Shown: positions 1 to 7,058, counted from the stretch's first letter. The stretch is DNA of 12,915 nt from a virus (IMGVR_UViG_3300032155_000026:1-12915); one strand, 5' to 3'. Notes: generated by a model from the sequence alone, not told the origin. A program made the numbers and translations.

Positions 1-1152
1 TTACTGGATCGGGAAGGGATCGTCAGAGGGGTCTGAAGGGGGGCTGGCGTCTTTTTCCGATGTGCCCAAAAATGTGCCCAAGAATGTGCCCAGAACCTGG
101 CTGGATTTTTCCGAGACGTCGCGCATCTGCCGGGCCTGGATGTGCTGGTAGTGCTTGTCCAGCATGGTCGTGTCGGCGTGCCCCATGGTCAGGGCAGTGG
201 CCAGGCGGTCGGCCCCGTGCAGGAGGGCATAGGTGGCGAAGGCGTGCCTGAGATCGTACGGTCTGATCTTGCGGGCGATGCCGGCCTGCTTGAGAACCTC
301 CCTCCACTTCTTGATCAGGGTCGTGACCGGCTTCCCGCCCATCCTGGCGAGCGCCTTGTAGATGATGGGCTTGATGCCCCGCGCCGCGTCGTGAGCAAAC
401 CACGCACGCAGGACAGGCCGAATCGCCGGGTCGATGAAGAGGTCGCGCCAGACCGTGCGCTTGTTCTTCCTGGCTGACTCCACCCGGATGATGCCCCGCT
501 CGAAGTCCACGTGGTCCCAGGTCAGCTTGAACATTTCGCTCGGACCGACACGCATGCCGAACGTGACCCCCAGTACGATCATCCGCCGGATGTTCTCCGG
601 GGCGATGCGCAGGATGGCCTCAAGCTCCTGCGGGGTCGGTGGCGGGACGCGGACGGGCTCCTCGCGCTTGAGCTTGAACCGCAGGATGGGGTTCTCGGCG
701 ATGCGCCCCTCGGATTCCGCCCAGTTGAGCGCGGCCTTGAGAATGCCGACGCGGCGATGGATCGTGTTCAGGCTCTGGCCTGCGTCGCGCAGCTTTCCGA
801 CCACCTTCTTCATGTCAGGCACGTTGAGGTCGGTGACGTGCGTGGCTGGCGGAAGCGCCTTGTAAAGCTCAAGCACGTGCCGAAGCTCGCGGTCGAGGTT
901 GGCCTCCGGCAGCTTCCTGGATCTGAGGTAGGCGTGGAAGAGGTTGTCGACGGTGACGATGTCGTCGGGGCCGGCCTCTTCCGCAGGCCGGAACAGTTCT
1001 GGCTCGAACTTGAGCTGGTGCTTGACCAGCGAGTCGTGGCGCTCGGCCTCGGCCTCCGTCTCAAAGCTGCGCGTCTCGCGCTTCTTGTCGAAGGGGTTGG
1101 TCCAATAGACCTGCCATGGGCGAGGTCGATTTGCCCGGTAGCGAACTGCCAT
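1..1152 (-). CDS. int: Tyrosine recombinase / phage integrase with N-terminal arm-binding domain
   Basis: 383 aa. N-terminal WQVYW..KKRETRSFETEAEA resembles a three-stranded arm-binding domain. Catalytic residues: R in GMRVGPSE, K near SARKNK, (H/Y)xxR as YDLRH, H in MGHAD, Y in KHYQH. Confidence 0.95.
   Translation of the reverse strand: MAVRYRANRPRPWQVYWTNPFDKKRETRSFETEAEAERHDSLVKHQLKFEPELFRPAEEAGPDDIVTVDNLFHAYLRSRKLPEANLDRELRHVLELYKALPPATHVTDLNVPDMKKVVGKLRDAGQSLNTIHRRVGILKAALNWAESEGRIAENPILRFKLKREEPVRVPPPTPQELEAILRIAPENIRRMIVLGVTFGMRVGPSEMFKLTWDHVDFERGIIRVESARKNKRTVWRDLFIDPAIRPVLRAWFAHDAARGIKPIIYKALARMGGKPVTTLIKKWREVLKQAGIARKIRPYDLRHAFATYALLHGADRLATALTMGHADTTMLDKHYQHIQARQMRDVSEKSSQVLGTFLGTFLGTSEKDASPPSDPSDDPFPIQ
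60..95 (+). repeat. Three tandem 12-bp direct repeats ATGTGCCCA(A/G)(A/G)A; putative integrase arm-type binding sites
   Basis: ATGTGCCCAAAA 60-71, ATGTGCCCAAGA 72-83, ATGTGCCCAGAA 84-95, inside the int 3' end (translated as LGTFLGTFLGT). Confidence 0.7.
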
Positions 1153-1170
1153 CTGGCGGCTGTATGCCGA

Positions 1171-1446
1171 TTATAGAGACGCCGTCAATTCCTTCTTGAG
1201 CTGCGCGAGAGTCTTTCCCGCCAACGAATGACCACGTGAGCACCTGTGCAATCGTTGTTTTGAGGCGTCACGCGACTTGCGCAGGGCTTCCTCCACTTCG
1301 TGAAGATCCCAGCGGTTGCCGCGTCCGCGTCCGACGCCAAGGAAGAATGGCCTGACACCCAGGCCTTGCGCGAGCTTGGCCGCACCTGCGGGAGACACCC
1401 CGCCTCCGAGATGCGCTGCGAGCTCGCGACTCGTCAGCAGCTTCAT
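1171..1446 (-). CDS. Probable excisionase / recombination directionality factor (small winged-HTH)
   Basis: Basic 91-aa ORF directly upstream of int, starting MKLLTSRELAAHLG with a wing-like GRGRGNRWDLHEVEEAL segment. ATG 1446 is preferred over GTG 1515 because the HTH pattern starts there; neither start has a clear SD. Confidence 0.7.
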   Translation of the reverse strand: MKLLTSRELAAHLGGGVSPAGAAKLAQGLGVRPFFLGVGRGRGNRWDLHEVEEALRKSRDASKQRLHRCSRGHSLAGKTLAQLKKELTASL

Positions 1447-1495
1447 GGTGGCGGTGGTAGCAATTTCCCGCGCGCGGTCGCAAATGAAGTGGTTG

Positions 1496-1511
1496 GTGCA
1501 ATCGATTGCAC
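1496..1511. promoter_or_regulatory. 16-bp palindrome copy 1, GTGCAATCGATTGCAC (perfect)
   Basis: Perfect palindrome between the divergent xis-like and peptidase genes, 7 bp upstream of TTGACT (1519-1524). Confidence 0.8.
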
Positions 1512-1518
1512 TCACCTA

Positions 1519-1559
1519 TTGACTTTCGGAGGCACACTTTGTTTAATAGAATTAGGAGG
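1519..1559 (+). promoter_or_regulatory. Sigma70-type promoter and RBS of the peptidase gene
   Basis: TTGACT (1519-1524), 17-bp spacer, TTTAAT (1542-1547); AGGAGG at 1554-1559 before ATG 1570. Confidence 0.7.
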
Positions 1560-1569
1560 TTAACTTAAT

Positions 1570-2622
1570 ATGTGGAAGTGTGTTGCGAGTCTAGTGGTGT
1601 TGGCGGTGCTGGTTTCCGCCTGCGCCCCGAAGTCGGTGAGGCCGAAGATCGATCCGCAGATGGCTGCGGAAGAGGCGGACAGGCAGAGGAAGATGGTCGT
1701 CGAGTCCCACCTGACCATGCTGAAGAGGGTGGACGATGTCGGCGTCAACCTGCTGATCAAGAACGCCCCGCTGTGCGAGAACAAGACCTATGCGATCGGC
1801 ATGCGGGTGACCAACATCCACAAGGTCGACGACAGGGACTGGCGTGCCGCATACGAGAAGCACGCGGGTCTTGGCGACTTTCTCACTGCGGTCACCGTTA
1901 CGGAGGGCGGGCCTGCGTGGAAGGCGGGCATACGCCCAGGGGACCGTATTCTCACGATGGACCGGGTGCAGGCCCCGTCCGGCGAGAGGGCTGTGGATGA
2001 ATGGCCGTCCGCGGCGAAGACCTTCCTGGAGGGGAACGGCGCGCTGGTCGAGGTGGCACGGGGCGACACGACACGAGAGTTCTACCTCGAGCCTGAGCGG
2101 GCGTGCAACTACCCGGTGAACCTGGTCCTGAGCCCGGTCGTGAACGCGTTCGCCAACGGCAAGCAGATCACGGTCCTGTCCGGGTTGGTGGAGTTCACGA
2201 AGAACGACGACGAGCTGGCCCTGATCGTCGGGCACGAGCTGGCGCACAACGCGCTGGGGCACATCGAGGCGAAGAAGGGCAACAGGGCGCTCGGGTCACT
2301 GTTCGGCGGGATCGTACAGATCTTCACCGGCGTCCCGGTGGGCGGCATCTTCGCCGAGATGGGACAGATGGCCTTCAGCAAGGAGTTCGAGCTGGAAGCC
2401 GATTACGTCGGCCTCTACTACACGACCAGGGCTGGCTACAAGGTCGAAGGCGTCGCGGACTTCTGGCGGCGTATGGCGGTGAAGAGTCCTGGGGCGATTT
2501 CGCAGGGGCTCTCCCACCCGGCCATGGCCGACAGGTTCGTTGCCATGGAGGCCACTGTGGCCGAGATCCGAAAGAAGCAGGAGGTTGGTGAGCAGCTTGT
2601 GCCGAACATGCAGCCAGAATAG
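1570..2622 (+). CDS. M48-family Zn metallopeptidase lipoprotein with PDZ domain (cargo/moron gene)
   Basis: Signal peptide with lipobox-like LVSA-C; PDZ-like segment (VTEGGPAWKAGIRPGDRIL); M48 core with VNAFA, HExxH (GHELAH), third-ligand region FELEADYVG and SHP motif. Confidence 0.9.
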   Translation: MWKCVASLVVLAVLVSACAPKSVRPKIDPQMAAEEADRQRKMVVESHLTMLKRVDDVGVNLLIKNAPLCENKTYAIGMRVTNIHKVDDRDWRAAYEKHAGLGDFLTAVTVTEGGPAWKAGIRPGDRILTMDRVQAPSGERAVDEWPSAAKTFLEGNGALVEVARGDTTREFYLEPERACNYPVNLVLSPVVNAFANGKQITVLSGLVEFTKNDDELALIVGHELAHNALGHIEAKKGNRALGSLFGGIVQIFTGVPVGGIFAEMGQMAFSKEFELEADYVGLYYTTRAGYKVEGVADFWRRMAVKSPGAISQGLSHPAMADRFVAMEATVAEIRKKQEVGEQLVPNMQPE

Positions 2623-2641
2623 CACCAGGCCAGCGGAGAGC

Positions 2642-2674
2642 AAATGGGTCGGCAGCAATGCCGGCCCATTTTTT
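2642..2674 (+). terminator. Rho-independent terminator of the peptidase gene
   Basis: 13-bp stem AAATGGGTCGGCA / TGCCGGCCCATTT (one G-U pair), GCAA tetraloop, T-run to 2674, 19 nt after the stop codon. Confidence 0.9.
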
Positions 2675-2675
2675 A

Positions 2676-2699
2676 GCGATTGTATACTTTACAAACCCA
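2676..2699 (-). repeat. Left arm of a 24-bp inverted repeat (partner 2825-2848); contains leftward TACAAT
   Basis: GCGATTGTATACTTTACAAACCCA matches the reverse complement of 2825-2848 at 23 of 24 positions. Confidence 0.85.
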
Positions 2700-2727
2700 T
2701 CGCCCTGAGGCGCACCGCTTGCGCGAG

Positions 2728-2764
2728 AAAAACTGGGCCGGGCCTAGTCCGTGCCCAGTTTTTT
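2728..2764. terminator. Probable bidirectional intrinsic terminator
   Basis: AAAAACTGGGC (2728-2738) pairs with GCCCAGTTTTT (2753-2763); A-tract before and T-tract after, short inner stem. Confidence 0.65.
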
Positions 2765-2774
2765 AATCTCTGAA

Positions 2775-2800
2775 AAAGCCCAGGAATGACCCGGGGCTTT
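2775..2800. other. Second hairpin between the inverted repeats
   Basis: AAAGCCC (2775-2781) / GGGCTTT (2794-2800). Confidence 0.4.
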
Positions 2801-2824
2801 CTGATTCCGGCCCACGAATGACCG

Positions 2825-2848
2825 TGGGTGTGTAAAGTATACAATCGC
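2825..2848 (+). repeat. Right arm of the 24-bp inverted repeat; contains rightward TACAAT (2840-2845), putative early promoter/operator
   Basis: TGGGTGTGTAAAGTATACAATCGC with quasi-palindrome TGTA-N5-TACA. Only a weak -35 candidate (ATGACC 2818-2823). Confidence 0.75.
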
Positions 2849-2860
2849 CCTTTTTTGTGC

Positions 2861-2880
2861 CGGTGCAATTGATTGCACCG
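2861..2880. promoter_or_regulatory. Palindrome copy 2, CGGTGCAATTGATTGCACCG (20 bp, one central mismatch)
   Basis: Core 2863-2878 differs from consensus at one base (T for C); lies just downstream of the putative -10 at 2840-2845. Confidence 0.8.
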
Positions 2881-2886
2881 CGGCGC

Positions 2887-2967
2887 AATCTGACGTGGTG
2901 ACGGGGCATGCACTCTGTAAATCTGACGTGGTGACATCTCTATATAGTCCATGCCACTACGTCAAAT
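2887..2967. repeat. Iteron-like repeats of a putative replication origin
   Basis: AATCTGACGTGGTGAC exactly repeated at 2887-2902 and 2920-2935 (33-bp period); inverted degenerate copy GCCACTACGTCAAAT at 2953-2967 (12/15). The origin role is inferred from position upstream of the initiator-like gene. Confidence 0.6.
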
Positions 2968-3231
2968 CGTTGGACTAAGAAGCAATTGAACAAAGGCAGA
3001 AAAGGCAAAGAGAAGTAATAGAAATGAAGAGAAGAGTTTCGCCGCGAAACGCGGCGAACAGAAAACCTCCTCAACAGGCGGGGGAAATCTTCCTCGCAAG
3101 AGGAGGACGGAGGAAAAAATAATGAAGAATGTTTCGCGCGCCGCAGCGCCTGCAACTTTTGCATTTTGAATCTGCCATGCGGTTTGGTAGTATCCTGGCA
3201 TGGACCATTCTGAAAACAGGAGAGATTGATT

Positions 3232-4275
3232 ATGCACAGAGCCGCCTGCTTCGCATTCGCTGGAGACATGACAGCGGTGTCCGGCATCGAGAGAGAAGAC
3301 GTCTTTGCCGCCAGCAACGTCCTTCTGGATCGTGGATTGCTGGATGTCGCCATCAACGGCAGGAAGTTTCGCGGCCGGGGCACGTCCAACGGTGTGGTCC
3401 ACCGGGTGTTGCGCAGCATCTGCCTGCGGTCGCTGCCGTTCGGCAAACTCTTCGAGCAGATCACGGTCGACGAGATCATTCACGGGAAGCCGCAACTGGG
3501 GGTGTTCCCGACGCATGACTCCCGGCGCACCGTGGAGCGGGCGCTCTCCGTCCTGGTAGAGGACGGCTACCTCGTGAAGTTCAGCGCCGATTCCGGGCGG
3601 CGAGTGTTTCTCGGGCTGAACCTCCCGAAGGTGCTGGAGGACATCCTGAGCATGTTCGACACCATCAAGGTGACCAGCAGCGTCACTGACAAGGCCCTGC
3701 AGGAGGTCAGGCGCCTCTCCGGCTGCTTTCGCGCCGTTGTCCGCTTCTACGACGCCATCAAGGGAGCAGTGATCCGCTCCCTTCGTGAGTTTCGCAACAA
3801 GGTGGAGGGTATCATGGAGACGCTGAAAGAGGCGGTGGCTGGCGCTGTGGCGCGTGCCGAGGCCGTGAAGGTGGCGAAGCGGGCGAAGAAGGCCTCCAGG
3901 CCGTACGACAAAGACCCGTCTGCCGCCCTGGAGGAGTGGAACCGGCAGGTGGAGATGCGAGAGGGGGACTACCCCGGCTACCTCCCCCACGCCACGGTCA
4001 AGGACAAGAGCATGATGAAGGCCCTGATCAAGGAATTCCGGGCCAAGGGCCATGACGACGAGAAGATCAGGGAGATCATCGAAACCGTCATCGAGAGGTG
4101 GCGGCACTACCGCGAGTGCGGGTTCCAGGCGTCCGGGACTGGCTACCACAAGTCGGTTCCGGTGAACCCGGATTTCGCTTTCTTCTACAACCACCGTCGG
4201 GATCTGCTGCCGCTGCTCGTGCCTGCGGGTGTCCGCGGCGTGGAAACCACGGGCAAGAAGCTCCCGACTTTCTAG
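3232..4275 (+). CDS. Putative phage replication initiator / replisome organiser
   Basis: SD CAGGAGA before ATG 3232. wHTH-like RRTVERALSVLVEDGYLVK, helical C-terminal domain, first gene before the DnaC-like and DnaB-like genes. Function inferred mostly from gene order. Confidence 0.6.
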   Translation: MHRAACFAFAGDMTAVSGIEREDVFAASNVLLDRGLLDVAINGRKFRGRGTSNGVVHRVLRSICLRSLPFGKLFEQITVDEIIHGKPQLGVFPTHDSRRTVERALSVLVEDGYLVKFSADSGRRVFLGLNLPKVLEDILSMFDTIKVTSSVTDKALQEVRRLSGCFRAVVRFYDAIKGAVIRSLREFRNKVEGIMETLKEAVAGAVARAEAVKVAKRAKKASRPYDKDPSAALEEWNRQVEMREGDYPGYLPHATVKDKSMMKALIKEFRAKGHDDEKIREIIETVIERWRHYRECGFQASGTGYHKSVPVNPDFAFFYNHRRDLLPLLVPAGVRGVETTGKKLPTF

Positions 4276-4282
4276 GTGACCT

Positions 4283-5050
4283 ATGGACGCGACAGCGAGA
4301 AAGCTCCTCACCCTCCCCTGGGAGGTCGTCCCGGCTGGTGCCGAGCCGACCGCTTTCATGAACCGACGCATCCTGTGGACGTTGACCACGAAGATCGGCC
4401 TGTCCGCGGCGTTCCGAATGCGGCCCTCCGACGCGGTGATGCAATCGATTGCACTGCCGACGGTCCTTTTCATGGCCCGGAACAGGTTGTCGACGTATGT
4501 GCACGAGAATCCCTGGCTGACGCGCTTGACCAAGGCAGAGCAGGCGCACTTGGTCAAGGAGTTCGGGCTGACGTCTGACATGCACTCCGTGCTCGCCCTC
4601 GCGCTGACCCCTGCGGTCTTGGAGAAGTACCTTTCCTACAGCGTGGCGCTGTTCGCATTCTCGACCAAGCGCGTACCGATGGTGGTCGAACTGCCCGAAT
4701 TGGTGAGTTTCTTCTCGACCTACGGGTACGACGACACCGATCGGTACGACTCCCTTCTGTCGTGCGGCATGCTGGTCATAAAGTCCCCGCTCGGCAATGT
4801 GCGCGGGCTGCGCGACGTGACTGGGTCGTTTCTCCCTTTGCTCACGCACAGAATGCGCACCGGTCGGCTGACTGTTTACGCGGACCTTGCCTTTGGGGAG
4901 GCACGCCACGCGATCAAGGATAAAGGAGAGGAGCCGACTGCTTCGGCCCTGTCCGCCATGCTGGCGGGCACGGTGATCGGCAAGACTCAGATCTGCAGTT
5001 TCCTGCACGGGGATGAGAGCGCGTTGACGATTCTCGGAGGCTCGAAATGA
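4283..5050 (+). CDS. Degenerate DnaC/IstB-like AAA+ protein (helicase-loader position, no Walker motifs)
   Basis: VELPELVSFFSTYGYDDTDRYDSLLSCGMLVIKSPLG...LLTHRMRTGRLTVYA parallels the DnaC/IstB central region by eye, but there is no GxxxxGK[ST] and the Walker B position reads LVIKS. Located between initiator and helicase; ATGA overlap with the helicase start. Confidence 0.55.
   Translation: MDATARKLLTLPWEVVPAGAEPTAFMNRRILWTLTTKIGLSAAFRMRPSDAVMQSIALPTVLFMARNRLSTYVHENPWLTRLTKAEQAHLVKEFGLTSDMHSVLALALTPAVLEKYLSYSVALFAFSTKRVPMVVELPELVSFFSTYGYDDTDRYDSLLSCGMLVIKSPLGNVRGLRDVTGSFLPLLTHRMRTGRLTVYADLAFGEARHAIKDKGEEPTASALSAMLAGTVIGKTQICSFLHGDESALTILGGSK
4439..4454. promoter_or_regulatory. Palindrome copy 3, ATGCAATCGATTGCAC (intragenic)
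   Basis: Perfect 14-bp core TGCAATCGATTGCA at 4440-4453; encodes MQSIA at residue 53 of the DnaC-like protein. Confidence 0.75.
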
Positions 5051-6510
5051 GTATTGCCCGCCAGTTCCTCTTGAGCCTGTCCGAGTCTCCAGATCAGGCG
5101 GTCCGGACCGCGCGGATGCGCACGGCTGTTGACGCCGGCGTGTCCTCCGGGTTCTTTCTCGACGAGATAGACCGCCTGGCTTGGGACATCGCGTATGCCC
5201 ATTTTATCCGATACGGGGTCGGGCCTTCGGCAGACCTGCTGGCTGTTGAGGCCGAGATAGACTTCCCTGCCTTCGTCCCAGAAGAGCCGTTTGAGTTCTG
5301 GCTTGACCGCCTCCTGGCGTTCACCAAACACCTTTACCTCCACAATGCCGCTGCCGACGTCCTCGATGCCCTGTCTGACGGTGACCTGCAAGGTGCAGAG
5401 GACTTGTTGCAATCTGCGTTTGTCGGGGTGTCCAAATTCGACCGAGATGCCGCTGTTTTCACGCAAACACAGATTGCGGATGCCGTCATGGAGGCGCATG
5501 CGAGATTGCAGGCTGGGAACAGCACGCCCGGTGTCTGTCTCGGGTTCCCCTACATCGACGCCCAGACTGGTGGCGCACAGCCCGGCGATAGCTGGACGAT
5601 TGTTGGACGACCTGGTGGCGGTAAGACGTTCCTTCTGTGCAAGTGGGCGATGCACGCGGCGTCCCCGATCTATTCTGGCCTCGAGCTTGTGCACCCAGGC
5701 CATAAGGTTCTGATGGTGTCCATGGAGATGCCTCTTCTGCAGGTCGTACAGCGCAACCTGGCCATCGGAGCGCTGGTCGGGGCCTCGAACCTCCGTCTTG
5801 GGCGGCTGTCTCGGTTTGCGCTGAACCAGCTGACAGACTTCGTTGCGCGCATTCGCACGTCCGGAGAAGGGGATCGCTTTCTGTTGATGGAGGGCCGCTT
5901 GAACCTGTCGGTGGACGACATTGTCATGAAGGTGCGGGAACACAGGCCCGACATTGTTTTCGTGGACGGCGCGTACATGGTGAAGCCTTCGAGAGGGGCC
6001 GGTGGGCGCTCGGCGCACGCGAGTTGGGAGTCTGCCATGTACACCATGGAGGGAATCAAGCAGCTGGCCATGAACGAGGGCATCCCGGTGATCTCGTCAT
6101 ACCAGTTTTCCAGGAAGGGCTCGAAAGACCCCGGCCTGGATTCTATTGCCTACACGGACGCGGTAGCACAGCTGGCGTCCGTCGTGATCGGCATATCGAA
6201 CGAGACTAGTGAGACGATGGATCAATTCGAGAACAAAGTGTTCAAAGTGTTGACCCTCTTGAAGGGACGTAATGGGGAGAGTGGCGAGGTGCGTGTGGAG
6301 TTCATGCCTGGCAACTCGTGCATAATGGAGATAGCGTCTGAAGAGCGTGCGACTGACCCCGATACTGACGGCGATCCCGCAGAAGACGGTCTGCAGGATG
6401 GCGGACGCGTTTTCGTGTCTGGTGGAGGAGACGATCCGTACGCAGAAACGCCGGAAGACACGCGACGCGCGGGCTCTGATGAAAGCATAGACGACGATCC
6501 GTATTCGTGA
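5047..6510 (+). CDS. dnaB: DnaB-like (SF4) replicative helicase
   Basis: Walker A GRPGGGKT, VSMEM, Walker B IVFVDGAY, SSYQFSR, LKGRNGE arginine-finger region; long acidic C-terminal tail. Confidence 0.93.
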   Translation: MSIARQFLLSLSESPDQAVRTARMRTAVDAGVSSGFFLDEIDRLAWDIAYAHFIRYGVGPSADLLAVEAEIDFPAFVPEEPFEFWLDRLLAFTKHLYLHNAAADVLDALSDGDLQGAEDLLQSAFVGVSKFDRDAAVFTQTQIADAVMEAHARLQAGNSTPGVCLGFPYIDAQTGGAQPGDSWTIVGRPGGGKTFLLCKWAMHAASPIYSGLELVHPGHKVLMVSMEMPLLQVVQRNLAIGALVGASNLRLGRLSRFALNQLTDFVARIRTSGEGDRFLLMEGRLNLSVDDIVMKVREHRPDIVFVDGAYMVKPSRGAGGRSAHASWESAMYTMEGIKQLAMNEGIPVISSYQFSRKGSKDPGLDSIAYTDAVAQLASVVIGISNETSETMDQFENKVFKVLTLLKGRNGESGEVRVEFMPGNSCIMEIASEERATDPDTDGDPAEDGLQDGGRVFVSGGGDDPYAETPEDTRRAGSDESIDDDPYS

Positions 6511-6562
6511 TTGTCTTTAACGCGCTTCAATGTATGAATCTACAATAGGCATAATCAGGAGG
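6511..6562 (+). promoter_or_regulatory. Putative internal promoter region and RBS
   Basis: AT-rich gap with TACAAT (6541-6546) and CATAAT (6550-6555); AGGAGG precedes ATG 6567. No convincing -35. Confidence 0.4.
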
Positions 6563-6566
6563 TTGT

Positions 6567-7037
6567 ATGAACGAGAGGACGTTGCGGCTCTCCAATGAGC
6601 ACAAGGAAACGGCGGTGCAATCGATTGCACCTTCCACGGAGGAGATGCAGAAGGTTGACCAGTTCGCAAAGATGCATGGTGACGTCAGTGCGATCAAGGC
6701 CCGTCACAAGCAGGAGCTCGGCGTCATGGAGAAGCAGACGAAGTCTCTTCTCGAGGAGCTCAAGGAACTGGCCAGGGAGCGCGGTACGACGCAGCTTGTC
6801 GGTGTGCGGCACGTGGTGTCTTTCCAGCCTACCTCTTCCAGGACCATTGACCCGAAGGCGCTGTACGAGTACCTCGTGAAGAACGGTCGTGAGTCTGAGT
6901 TCTGGGACCTTGTGTCCGTAGGCCTCACAAAGGCCATGGGCAACTACGGAGAGCGCGCCCTGGAGTCCGCCGAGCTTATCCAGCTGTCGTCTGATCCCTA
7001 CGGCAAGGTTTCCACGTCGACCCGGCCGATCCAGTAA
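6567..7037 (+). CDS. Hypothetical phage coiled-coil protein (loosely Mu Gam / Sipho Gp157-like)
   Basis: Strong SD, codon usage like neighbours, N-terminal coiled coil followed by GVRHVVSF. The ORF is well supported; the family call is weak. Confidence 0.5.
   Translation: MNERTLRLSNEHKETAVQSIAPSTEEMQKVDQFAKMHGDVSAIKARHKQELGVMEKQTKSLLEELKELARERGTTQLVGVRHVVSFQPTSSRTIDPKALYEYLVKNGRESEFWDLVSVGLTKAMGNYGERALESAELIQLSSDPYGKVSTSTRPIQ
6614..6631. promoter_or_regulatory. Palindrome copy 4, GGTGCAATCGATTGCACC (perfect 18 bp, intragenic)
   Basis: Core 6615-6630 encodes VQSIA at residue 17, close to the putative promoter at 6511-6555. Confidence 0.8.
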
Positions 7038-7058
7038 CCGGATCGTTGGGAGGGCTCT

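Noticed and set aside
1170-1188. Minus-strand TTGACG and TATAAT upstream of int as a promoter
   Set aside because: The hexamers are only 7 bp apart. TATAAT alone may still be a -10, but no correctly spaced -35 was found.
1246-1257. Degenerate copy GTGCAATCG-TTG in the xis-like gene; also TGCAACTTTTGCA at 3151-3163 and half-sites near 5408 and 5504
   Set aside because: One-base deletion or a single half-site only; LacI-type spacing is strict, so these were not counted. 1246 may be a decayed site.
1501-1506. Motif explained as a simple ATCGAT (ClaI-type) or HIP1-like site
   Set aside because: Conservation extends 14-20 bp, copy 2 lacks ATCGAT, and I found only one ATCGAT outside the motif (1648-1653).
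1447-1515. N-terminal extension of the xis-like ORF from GTG 1515
   Set aside because: No SD, the extension runs through the palindrome and promoter region, and the HTH pattern starts at Met 1446.
2676-2848. 173-bp inverted-repeat unit as a MITE or IS remnant
   Set aside because: No target-site duplication flanks the arms, and no transposase is present; promoter-like content fits better.
3129-3518. 129-aa alternative-frame ORF overlapping the initiator start
   Set aside because: It overlaps the SD-supported 3232 gene by about 290 nt, and its composition looks like off-frame translation.
2962-4581. Long minus-strand ORFs (539 aa here; also 4088-5008, 4987-6018, 8095-9189, 11448-12626, 1591-2262)
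   Set aside because: They mirror well-supported plus-strand genes, lack motifs and SDs, and are expected antisense shadows of high-GC3 coding DNA.
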